Shown piece after piece: positions 1 to 7,841 of a DNA stretch of 59,271 nucleotides. This DNA comes from Gemmatimonadales bacterium (GTDB lineage Bacteria > Gemmatimonadota > Gemmatimonadetes > Gemmatimonadales > GWC2-71-9). Made by a program: the position numbers and the translations under genes. Under the pieces are notes generated by a model. The model made no database searches. It worked only from the letters and a program-made list of their open reading frames with translations, and was not told the origin of the DNA. Location: contig DASZCG010000345.1 in NCBI GenBank assembly GCA_035943355.1, positions 1 through 59,271 on the forward strand, read 5' to 3'. Each line of letters begins with the position of its first letter. Position 1 is the stretch's first letter.

Positions 1-1070
1 CGGTTCGTGAGCAGGATAATGAAGACGCCGCGGTCGGGATCGAACCAGATGGACGTGCCGGTATAGCCGGTATGTCCGAATGCGTTCGGTCCCATTTTCG
101 TGCCCGCGCTCGAGAGATCGGAGGGCGTGTCCCAGCCGAGGGCGCGAGAGGAGCCCGACGGGATGTCTTGCCGTGTGATGAACCGGTGCACCAGCCCTGA
201 GTCAACCGGGATCGGGGTCGGCCGCCCCGCTCGGGCGCCGAGCAGCCACGTCGCAAACGTCGCCAGGTCCGGCGCATTCGAGAAGAGTCCCGCATTCCCC
301 GACACGCCGCCCAAGCGCGCGGCGCTCTCGTCGTGCACCTCGCCGATCAACAAGCGATGGCGGAAGAACGTGTCGACTTCGGTGGGCGCGATGCTGTCGT
401 GCCAGCTGGGGGGCGGCACGAAGCGGGTGGCGGTCATGCCGAGCGGCCCGAAGACGTCTTGAGCGAGCACCTGGTCGAACGACCGTCCGGTGATGCGCTC
501 CACCACCTGCATCAGCACGATCGCGCTCAGGTCTGAATACACAAACGTGGTCCCGGGCGGCGACAACAGCGGCGACGTGTCTACCATCTGGAGCGCCGCT
601 TCACGCGTCCGCGTCGAATCCCACAAAGGCAGGTCCGCGGCGAGCCCCGCCGAGTGGGTGAGCAGGTGCCGGATGGTCACTTGGTCCTTCATCGGACCGC
701 GAAATTCCGACAGGTAGCGCTGCACCGGCGCGTCGAGATCGAGCTTCCCACGATCGACGAGCAGAATGCATTCGGTCGTGAGGGCGATGACTTTCGTGAG
801 TGACGCGAGATCGTAGATCGTCCGCGGCGTCACGGGGCGGGCGTCGTTGAAGCTGTAGTGCCCGACCGCGGCCAGCAGCACGAGGCTGTCGTGGTACCCG
901 ACGGCGATCACGGCGCCGGGATAGGCGCTATCCACCTGCGAACGCAGATACGCGACGACTGGGTCGAGCCGGCCATACGACGGCGGCGTCGCTGGCGCCG
1001 GCGCCGCCTGCGAGTGCGCGCAGCCGATCAGCAAGAGCGCGGCCAGTGGTGCCGCCGAGCGACGCTTCAC
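1..1070 (-). CDS. Beta-lactamase-fold serine hydrolase (AmiE/YbbE-like candidate MurNAc-L-Ala amidase), 3' end cut by window edge
   Basis: Not in ORF track. Hand translation of the minus strand from GTG 1070-1068 gives VKRRSAAPLAALLLIGCAHS (lipobox), YDLASLTKV (SxxK), FVYSDLS and FGHTGYTGTSIWFDP. The GTG overlaps the nagZ stop (GTGA). Confidence 0.75.
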   Translation of the reverse strand, partial: MKRRSAAPLAALLLIGCAHSQAAPAPATPPSYGRLDPVVAYLRSQVDSAYPGAVIAVGYHDSLVLLAAVGHYSFNDARPVTPRTIYDLASLTKVIALTTECILLVDRGKLDLDAPVQRYLSEFRGPMKDQVTIRHLLTHSAGLAADLPLWDSTRTREAALQMVDTSPLLSPPGTTFVYSDLSAIVLMQVVERITGRSFDQVLAQDVFGPLGMTATRFVPPPSWHDSIAPTEVDTFFRHRLLIGEVHDESAARLGGVSGNAGLFSNAPDLATFATWLLGARAGRPTPIPVDSGLVHRFITRQDIPSGSSRALGWDTPSDLSSAGTKMGPNAFGHTGYTGTSIWFDPDRGVFIILLTN

Positions 1071-2827
1071 GGAATGATGATGTGAGCCGGCGGTCGCGCG
1101 GGGGCCAGCGTGGAGTCCGAGACCACGAGGCCATACCCGATGGGGTATCCCGGCGGAATGCGAATCGGCAACTTGCCGCGGATCGGCGACCAGCCGAGCA
1201 GCGCTCGACCCGCGGCGCGCTCCGCGGAGCGCACACCGCTCCACGCAATCAGATACGATTTGACCCTGGACGTCTGATTGAGCAGGTACGGGCTGCCCAG
1301 CGACACGAGCACTGTTGGCTTCACCGAGTCGGTGACCGTGATGAGCCGGGCCAGCGAATCGGGCAGCGCGATGGTTCCCTTCGACGAGATGGGGCGCACG
1401 TTCATCGCGAATACGACGGTGGGCGCGCGAGCGATGGTCGTGCGTGCCGAGTCGTAGGACGCGGTCCCCGACATCGGCCACAGCCGGAAGAAGCTCACCG
1501 TGTCGCCGCCGAGCCGCAGCAGCTCGAGCATGCGCTGGCCGACATAGCTGTTGAGCTCGTCGCCGTAGGCGATGAGCGCGATGCGGCTGCGCGCGCCGCG
1601 GAGCCGCGCGATCGTGCCGGCGGTGTCGCGCACCAACGTCAGCGCGCGTTGCGCGATGTCGTCCGCCGCGTCCTGGAATGTCTTCGCGCCAACCACACGC
1701 GCGATCGAATCGAGCGGCACGGTGCGCCGTGCGAAGAGTCCCAGACCGCGCTTCACGTCGAGCACCCGCCGCACCGACGCGTCGAGCCGCTCCGCGGAGA
1801 TCCGTCCGGTCTGCAGCGCGGTGAGCATGGACGCGATCGCCGAGTCGGGATCCGCGGGCATGAGCAGGAGGTCTGACCCTGCCACAAATGCCCGGACGGC
1901 GGCTTCGCCGGCGCCGTACTTGGCGACGATCGAGCCCATCATCAACGCGTCGGTCACGACGACGCCGCGGAAGCGGAGCGAATCGCGCAGCAGGCCTGTG
2001 AGGACGGCGCCCGACAGGGTCGCCGGATCGTCGTTGCCCGTGAGCGCCGGATAGGCGATGTGCGCCGTCATGACGACCTGGGCCCCGGCGTCGATGCCGG
2101 CGCGGAAGGGGACCAGCTCGACGGAATCGAGCCGCGAATAATTTGAGCGGATCGTGGGTAAGCCGATGTGCGAATCAGTCTCGGTATCGCCGTGGCCGGG
2201 GAAGTGCTTCAGGGTGGCGAGCATGCCATTTTCCTGCAGCCCGCGCACGTAGGCACGCACCAGGCGCGCCACCGCGTGGGGATCCTCCCCGAACGAGCGG
2301 ATATTGATGATCGGGTTCAGTGGATTGTTGTTGACGTCGGCGTCGGGCGCGAAGTTCACATGGATGCCGACGGCGCGCCCCTCGAGGGCGGCGACGCGGC
2401 CGATAGTATAGGCGTCGCGCTCAGCGCCCGTGGCGCCGGCTGCCATGATCATCGGGAACGCCGTCGCGCCGACGACGCGCATGCCCGCGCCCCATTCCAG
2501 ATCGGCGGAGACGAGCAGGGGCAGCTTGGAGCGGCGCTGCAGCGCATTCAGCTTGGCGGCGATGTCGTACGGTGAACCGACCGAGATGATGATACCGCCG
2601 ACTTCGAGCGAGTCGACCCAGCGCGCCGCGATCTGGTAGGCGGAGTCGTCCAACGCCATGTAGTTTCCGCCGAGCCACGGCACCACGAGCTGCGCCACTT
2701 TCTGACGCGGCGTCAGCTTGGCGAGCACTGCGTCAACGGAAACCGGCGCCGGTGCACCGGGCCGGGCGGTCCCGCCGCCACAGGCGGCGAGCAGCGAAAC
2801 GAATAGGAGTGTATGCGCGCGCATCAT
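1067..2827 (-). CDS. nagZ: Glycoside hydrolase family 3 beta-N-acetylglucosaminidase (NagZ/YbbD-like), lipoprotein
   Basis: 586-aa ORF. Contains KHFPGHGDTETDSH, GVVVTDALMMG and an N-terminal MMRAHTLLFVSLLAAC lipoprotein signal. Confidence 0.85.
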   Translation of the reverse strand: MMRAHTLLFVSLLAACGGGTARPGAPAPVSVDAVLAKLTPRQKVAQLVVPWLGGNYMALDDSAYQIAARWVDSLEVGGIIISVGSPYDIAAKLNALQRRSKLPLLVSADLEWGAGMRVVGATAFPMIMAAGATGAERDAYTIGRVAALEGRAVGIHVNFAPDADVNNNPLNPIINIRSFGEDPHAVARLVRAYVRGLQENGMLATLKHFPGHGDTETDSHIGLPTIRSNYSRLDSVELVPFRAGIDAGAQVVMTAHIAYPALTGNDDPATLSGAVLTGLLRDSLRFRGVVVTDALMMGSIVAKYGAGEAAVRAFVAGSDLLLMPADPDSAIASMLTALQTGRISAERLDASVRRVLDVKRGLGLFARRTVPLDSIARVVGAKTFQDAADDIAQRALTLVRDTAGTIARLRGARSRIALIAYGDELNSYVGQRMLELLRLGGDTVSFFRLWPMSGTASYDSARTTIARAPTVVFAMNVRPISSKGTIALPDSLARLITVTDSVKPTVLVSLGSPYLLNQTSRVKSYLIAWSGVRSAERAAGRALLGWSPIRGKLPIRIPPGYPIGYGLVVSDSTLAPARPPAHIIIP

Positions 2828-4045
2828 CTCGTTGTCATCGTCTGTGGCCTCGGCTGTTCCGCGGGAGCGCGTGCGCCATCACCGGCTGCCCCCTCGGTTC
2901 GGCCCGGCATTGAAGTATTGCTGTCCGATTCCGCGCACCTGATCGACGGCAAGCGACTCGCTCTGCTGTCGAACCACACGGGTGTCGATCACACGGGCCG
3001 TCGCGACGTCGATCTCCTGCGCACGGCTCTCGGCGCGCGGCTGACCGTTTTGTTCAGTCCCGAACACGGATTTCGGGGAACGGAAGATCGTCCCGGACTG
3101 CCCGACAGCAGGGATTCGACCACCGGCCTCCCAATCTACAGTCTCTATGGCGGATCGCGTAGCGCGGCGCGATCTGCGCTCGATTCCGTGGACGTGGTGC
3201 TCATCGATCTGCAGGACATCGGCGCCCGCTATTACACGTACATCGCGACGGCGACGATCCTGATGCGCGACGCCGCGCGCGCCGGGAAACGCGTGATCGT
3301 GCTCGATCGACCCGATCCTGTCGGCGGAGTCGCCGTCCACGGCAATGTGCGCGCGCGCGTCGGTGATCCGGATTCCGCGTTCGTCGGATTCCTGCCGATC
3401 GCGATGCGTCACGGGATGACCCTCGGCGAGCTGGCGCGCATGGCGAACGACATCATGGCCATCGGCGCCGATCTGGCCGTCGTCCCCGCGGCAGGATGGA
3501 CGCGCGACATGCTATACGACCAGACGAGTCTCCCCTGGGTCAAACCGTCGCCCAACATGCCCGATCTCGAGAGCGCCCTTCATTATTCTGGGCTCTGCCT
3601 GTTCGAGGGCACGAATGTCTCGGTCGGCCGGGGCACCGGGATGGCTTTCCAGCTCCTTGGCGCGCCTTGGCTGAATCCGGTGGAAGTTATCAAGCGACTG
3701 GAGCCCTCGGCGCTCGCCGGCGTGGACGTCACGCCGGCTGTCTTCACGCCGGTCGCACCCACCGACGGGAAATTCGCCGGCATCGCGCTGCAGGGGGTGC
3801 GCGTTCATGTGAAGGACCGCGCGCAGTACGATCCCACGAAGCTGGCGGTCGCGTTGCTGGTCGCGATCCGCGCGACCCATCCCACGCAGTTCCAATTCCG
3901 CGCCGAGAGTTTTGACCGCCTCGCGGCGGGGCCGGAGCTGCGGCTGGCTATCGAGGCTGGGCAGGCGGGTCCGCAGATTTGGAATGCCTGGGAATCCGGC
4001 CTTACGCGATTCCGCGCCTCCCGGGCCAAATACCTGATCTACTAG
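2813..4045 (+). CDS. namZ: DUF1343 protein, exo-beta-N-acetylmuramidase NamZ/YbbC-like
   Basis: 410-aa ORF. DUF1343 hallmarks: LLSNHTGVD, SPEHGFRG, IYSLYG, DLQDIGARYYTY, VLDRPDP, MRHGMTLGELA. The start overlaps the nagZ start; an alternative start is TTG 2918. Confidence 0.8.
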   Translation: MRAHHLVVIVCGLGCSAGARAPSPAAPSVRPGIEVLLSDSAHLIDGKRLALLSNHTGVDHTGRRDVDLLRTALGARLTVLFSPEHGFRGTEDRPGLPDSRDSTTGLPIYSLYGGSRSAARSALDSVDVVLIDLQDIGARYYTYIATATILMRDAARAGKRVIVLDRPDPVGGVAVHGNVRARVGDPDSAFVGFLPIAMRHGMTLGELARMANDIMAIGADLAVVPAAGWTRDMLYDQTSLPWVKPSPNMPDLESALHYSGLCLFEGTNVSVGRGTGMAFQLLGAPWLNPVEVIKRLEPSALAGVDVTPAVFTPVAPTDGKFAGIALQGVRVHVKDRAQYDPTKLAVALLVAIRATHPTQFQFRAESFDRLAAGPELRLAIEAGQAGPQIWNAWESGLTRFRASRAKYLIY

Positions 4046-4108
4046 CGGAGTTATGACGTTTGGGGCGCATGTGCTTCCCAGGCGCGCGGCCACGTAGGAA
4101 GTTGAAGC

Positions 4109-4825
4109 ATGCGGCGTATTCGGTGGCTCGCCCTCGCCATCCCGCTCGTAACAGGTTGTCAGGACTCGCTCAATCCTGGAGGAGCGCTGAGCGTGCGCGT
4201 CCTCTCTGGTGGCGGTGCGGACACGATTGACGTGTGGGATACGCTCGTCGTCGAAGCGCGCGTGCATGGCGTCTCCGCCTTCGGTAAAGAAGTCGTGTTC
4301 CATGCCGTCAGACTCCATGGCGATTCGGTGTTCCCGGTCCTGTATCTGGGCAAGCCCGGGTGCTGTTTCGGGCTCACCATTCGAGACACTACCGACAACG
4401 GCGGCCGGGCGTCCGTCGTGATCATCCATGGGCCCTATGACGGCACAGGCTTTGTGGTGGTCGGGTTGGAGGGATCCGATCGGGCGGATACGGTGCAGGT
4501 CATCACGAATCCGGGCATGGCGGTCGGAACGCAAGTCTTTCCGCAAGATCGGCCCATAGTCATCGGCGGTTCGTATCTGATAGGTGCGAGGCAAGTCGAT
4601 CGCCGCGGCAATACCGTGCTCTCGAGCGTCACGTTCACTGCTACGTCGAACGTCGTTGACATTTCGCCGGCGGGTATTGTTCACGGCAACGTCATCGGTC
4701 GCGCCAGGATCACCATTCAACTCGGTTCGCGGACGGACAGTGCCTTCACGAGCGTTGTGCCGCAAGCGACGCTCGCGCTGCGCGATCCGGCTTTATCGGT
4801 GACAGTACCGGTTATGCCCAGATGA
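4109..4825 (+). CDS. Lipoprotein with bacterial Ig-like (Big_2-type) C-terminal domain
   Basis: 238-aa ORF. Signal plus lipobox MRRIRWLALAIPLVTGC, Big_2-like TSNVVDISPAGIVHGNVIGRARITIQ, AGGAAG SD upstream. Confidence 0.65.
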   Translation: MRRIRWLALAIPLVTGCQDSLNPGGALSVRVLSGGGADTIDVWDTLVVEARVHGVSAFGKEVVFHAVRLHGDSVFPVLYLGKPGCCFGLTIRDTTDNGGRASVVIIHGPYDGTGFVVVGLEGSDRADTVQVITNPGMAVGTQVFPQDRPIVIGGSYLIGARQVDRRGNTVLSSVTFTATSNVVDISPAGIVHGNVIGRARITIQLGSRTDSAFTSVVPQATLALRDPALSVTVPVMPR

Positions 4826-5583
4826 ATCTGGATGGCTCCGATTTTCACTGGCTGTTCAAGACCGACATCCTGTCGAGCTCCTACTCTCCCAGCAACCTCC
4901 TCGCACCGCAGTGGATTCCTGGTACCGGACAGGTCGTCCACCTCCGGATGGTCTCGGGAGTGACGCGAGTGTTCGTCGGAGATTCAACGGCGAGCGTGCG
5001 CCGCCTGATCGGCACGCCCGGCCCGATCACAGGCGAATCCGATCCCGAGGTGTCGGTCGATAGAGCGTGGGTGTATTTCGTGGGGCACAGCGCCACCGGT
5101 GACGCCATTTGGCGCGTTGGGACCAGCAGCGGGGCCCCCGCCCCCGAGCGATTGACACCCGAGTCCTCGTACGCGGACATGCATTTTCCCAGCCTCTCCC
5201 CCGACGGCACGCGGCTCGCATACATCAAGTGGGACCGGCTCTACGTGCGAAACCTCTCGACGGGGGACACGACGCGGTTGAGCGACAACCAGGCCGCCGG
5301 CGCGCGGTGGTCTCCCACCGGCGGCTGGATCCTGTACGCGGTGAGCTATTCGTACGGCGGATACTCGGGCCCCCTTCACCTCATTCGGCCGGATGGCAGC
5401 GAGGATCATGTGCTGAGTCCTGGTGTCTATTTCCCCGGTGGCAGCTGGTCGCCAGACGGGACGTACTTGATCGTGTCACGAGCGGAGATCCCGTATCACC
5501 AGGAGCTCATCAACGTCGGTACCGGGGAGCGCCTCCCGCTCGTGTATGAACGCACGTGGTACGGCCCGGCCTGGCGCCGGTAA
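4822..5583 (+). CDS. TolB-like PD40/WD40 beta-propeller repeat protein
   Basis: 253-aa ORF. Repeated SLSPDGTRLAYI / WSPTGGWILYA / WSPDGTYLIVS motifs; ATGA overlap with the upstream gene. Confidence 0.7.
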   Translation: MNLDGSDFHWLFKTDILSSSYSPSNLLAPQWIPGTGQVVHLRMVSGVTRVFVGDSTASVRRLIGTPGPITGESDPEVSVDRAWVYFVGHSATGDAIWRVGTSSGAPAPERLTPESSYADMHFPSLSPDGTRLAYIKWDRLYVRNLSTGDTTRLSDNQAAGARWSPTGGWILYAVSYSYGGYSGPLHLIRPDGSEDHVLSPGVYFPGGSWSPDGTYLIVSRAEIPYHQELINVGTGERLPLVYERTWYGPAWRR

Positions 5584-5655
5584 TCCTGGTGAGGTGAAGC
5601 GTCTGCCCAGCGGGCATTGCCCAATGGTGCATGTTCCAGCAAATCAAGCGCTTTA

Positions 5656-5690
5656 GCCCTACCGCCGCTGCGGGCGGCGATTAGCTTCTC
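5656..5690 (+). promoter_or_regulatory. Bipartite motif GCCCTACCG-N11-GGCGATTAGCTTCTC, copy 1 (TAGCTT -10-like hexamer 9 nt before ATG 5697)
   Basis: Exact 9-mer and 15-mer with identical spacing recur at 7743..7777. Intergenic, directly upstream of a gene with no SD. Confidence 0.45.
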
Positions 5691-5696
5691 CCCGGC

Positions 5697-6395
5697 ATGA
5701 ATGTCATTCCCCAGCGCGTGAAGGACGGTTTTGTCCGGTTGACGGGCCCACTGGTGCGCGCCTTGATTCGGGCCGGAGTGCATCCGAACGCGATCACGAC
5801 ACTCGGCACGCTGGTGTTGATCGGCTCCGGCGTTGCATTCGGATACAGCGCAGTGCGGCTGGGCGGCGCTCTGCTGTTGCTTAGCGGGGTCTTCGACATT
5901 CTCGACGGTCAAGTCGCGCGCCAGGGCGCTATGACGACCACCTTCGGCGCGTTCTACGACTCGACGGTCGATCGGATCGGCGAGTCAGCGGTCTTCACAG
6001 GACTGATCATCTACTTCCTGACCGGGCCGCTGCCGCTGGAGCTCGTGCCGACCGCGTTCGCGGCGGGGTTGATCGCGCTCGTCGCGTCGCTGTTGGTTTC
6101 GTACACGCGGGCGCGGGCGGAAGGGCTCGGCGTAGAGTGCAAAGTGGGCATTGCGGCACGCGCGGAGCGGATTCTTTTCCTCGGCCTGCCCGCAATGGTG
6201 TTCGGGGAAGGGCCGGGGCGCCCAGGCGTCCTGCTGTTGTATATCGTGTCCGTGCTCGCGTTCGTCTCCGTGATCACGGTGATCCAGCGGATCGCGCACG
6301 TCGCGCGCGTGGCGCGCGGCGCTCCGCCGCCCGCGCCGCTGCCAAAACGGGACACGTTACCAGGAGTCGCGGCGGTACGCCGCAAGGGACACTGA
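5697..6395 (+). CDS. CDP-alcohol phosphatidyltransferase, probable phosphatidylinositol-phosphate synthase type
   Basis: 232-aa membrane ORF. Motif DILDGQVAR-x8-GAFYDSTVDRIGE matches D-x2-DG-x2-AR-x8-G-x3-D-x3-D. The myo-inositol-1-P synthase gene lies 1.4 kb away. Confidence 0.8.
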   Translation: MNVIPQRVKDGFVRLTGPLVRALIRAGVHPNAITTLGTLVLIGSGVAFGYSAVRLGGALLLLSGVFDILDGQVARQGAMTTTFGAFYDSTVDRIGESAVFTGLIIYFLTGPLPLELVPTAFAAGLIALVASLLVSYTRARAEGLGVECKVGIAARAERILFLGLPAMVFGEGPGRPGVLLLYIVSVLAFVSVITVIQRIAHVARVARGAPPPAPLPKRDTLPGVAAVRRKGH

Positions 6396-6399
6396 ACCG

Positions 6400-7724
6400 T
6401 CAATGCGGCTCCTTGAGTCGATGCAGCATGTCGACGGCAGGGCGCCTCAGAATCTCGCGCAGTCCCCGCGGCCAGCGAATCTCCACACTGTCAATAGCCG
6501 CACGATGTCCCAGTCCGAAATGAACCGTGCGGCTCGACTGCGCGAGGTAGCCTCCTGCGGGTGCTACCTGTCGCACCATCACCCGCCTTCCCGTCCAAAG
6601 CCGCAGCCGAGCGCCGATTGCATCGCGGTTGCTCCACGTGCCTCTGAGCTGGAACTCCACCCAGTGACGGGTCGGTAGTCTGTTGACGAACAACGACGGC
6701 GGACCGTTGAAATTGTTGGTAACGATCTCGAGCCGCCCGTCCCCATCGAAGTCCGCGACTGCGGCGGCGCGCGAGCTGCGCGCCGCCGGCCGACCCCCGA
6801 TGCTGTCCTCGAGGTAGATGCCGGCGGCCGGTGGCTCGACACCCAGGTCGGCGCCGCGCTCGGTGAACGTGCCGTTGCCGTTGTTCATCATGAGCTGGTT
6901 GGGCCAATAGTAGAATGGATAGCCCATGCCCGACGGGATGAAGAGATCCTCGTATCCGTCATCGTCGAAGTCGCCCACGGCCGCTCCCCAGGGCCACAGG
7001 GTTTCGAGTCCCGCCGCAATCGCTTGTTCCGTGAATTGCCCATGCCCCAGGTTCTGATACAGCGCGTTTCCGAACAGCAACGCGTCGTAGTCCAATGCGC
7101 CGTATTGGTGACGAAGAGATCGAGGAAGCCGTCGTTGTCGTAATCAAAGAACACCGCGGCCTGCGAGTGGCCGACATGACCGACGCCGGCCGTTCGGGTG
7201 ACATCCTCGAACGTGCCGTCTCCCCGGTTGTGCCACAACACGTTGCCACCGCGGGTGGTGGTGACGAAGAGATCGGTCCAGCCGTCGTTGTCGTAATCGG
7301 CGAATGTGGCTGCTACGCCGATCCGATCGCCCAGCGCCACCCCGGCATGCGCCGTCACGTCAGTGAACGACCCGTCGCCATTGTTGCGATACAAGGCGCT
7401 GGGCCCGTGCTGGTCGACGAAGTAGATGTCGTCACGCCCGTCATTATCGATGTCGCCGACCGCGAGTCCCGCGCCGTGATCGTAGAGATTGATGCGAAAC
7501 CGCTCGCCTTGCTCCATGGGGAGGTCGTGCATGCGAAACACAATTCCGGCCATTGCCGCGCGGTCACTGAACCCGGCCCGAGAGGCCTGGCCGGGCGTGG
7601 CGGGGGGTCCGGCCGGCTGCGGAGATGGCCGCTTTTCGCCGGCTCGGCAGGCGATCAGGACGAGACCGACCGCCGCCGCGATTCCCCTGCCATAGTTTCC
7701 GGGCATGACGTAGTTTGGTCGCAT
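6400..7724 (-). pseudogene. CRTAC1-like FG-GAP/VCBS repeat + ASPIC/UnbV lipoprotein, split by a 1-nt frameshift near 7095-7100
   Basis: ORF 6888..7724 (FG-GAP repeats DIDNDGRDDIYF, DYDNDGWTDLFV, DYDNDGFLDLFVTNTAH) loses sense right where ORF 6400..7095 (DYDALLFGNALYQN..., DFDDDGYEDLF, UnbV motif HFGLGHRAAIDSVEIRWPRG) begins in the -1 frame. Confidence 0.7.
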
Positions 7725-7742
7725 CGGACGCTGGTCGCAATC

Positions 7743-7777
7743 GCCCTACCGTCATCATCATAGGCGATTAGCTTCTC
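7743..7777 (+). promoter_or_regulatory. Bipartite motif GCCCTACCG-N11-GGCGATTAGCTTCTC, copy 2
   Basis: 24 of 24 fixed positions are identical to copy 1, with the same 11-nt spacer length. Intergenic, 65 nt upstream of ATG 7842. Confidence 0.45.
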
Positions 7778-7841
7778 TCGGCACGCCTGTTCTCACGAGC
7801 GAACGCTTGAACGGCGCGTTCCTCGAGGAGCGGCGAAGAGC

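Noticed and set aside
3512-4765. 417-aa minus-strand ORF bridging namZ and the Big_2 lipoprotein gene
   Set aside because: It is antisense to two genes with clear domain motifs. Its composition is Arg/Asp-rich and it has no recognisable domain.
4780-4830. Possible frameshift fusing the Big_2 lipoprotein with the PD40 propeller protein
   Set aside because: The frame upstream of ATG 4822 reads plausibly for only about 12 codons. The ATGA junction is the standard coupling signal in this genome, so two separate genes is the simpler reading.
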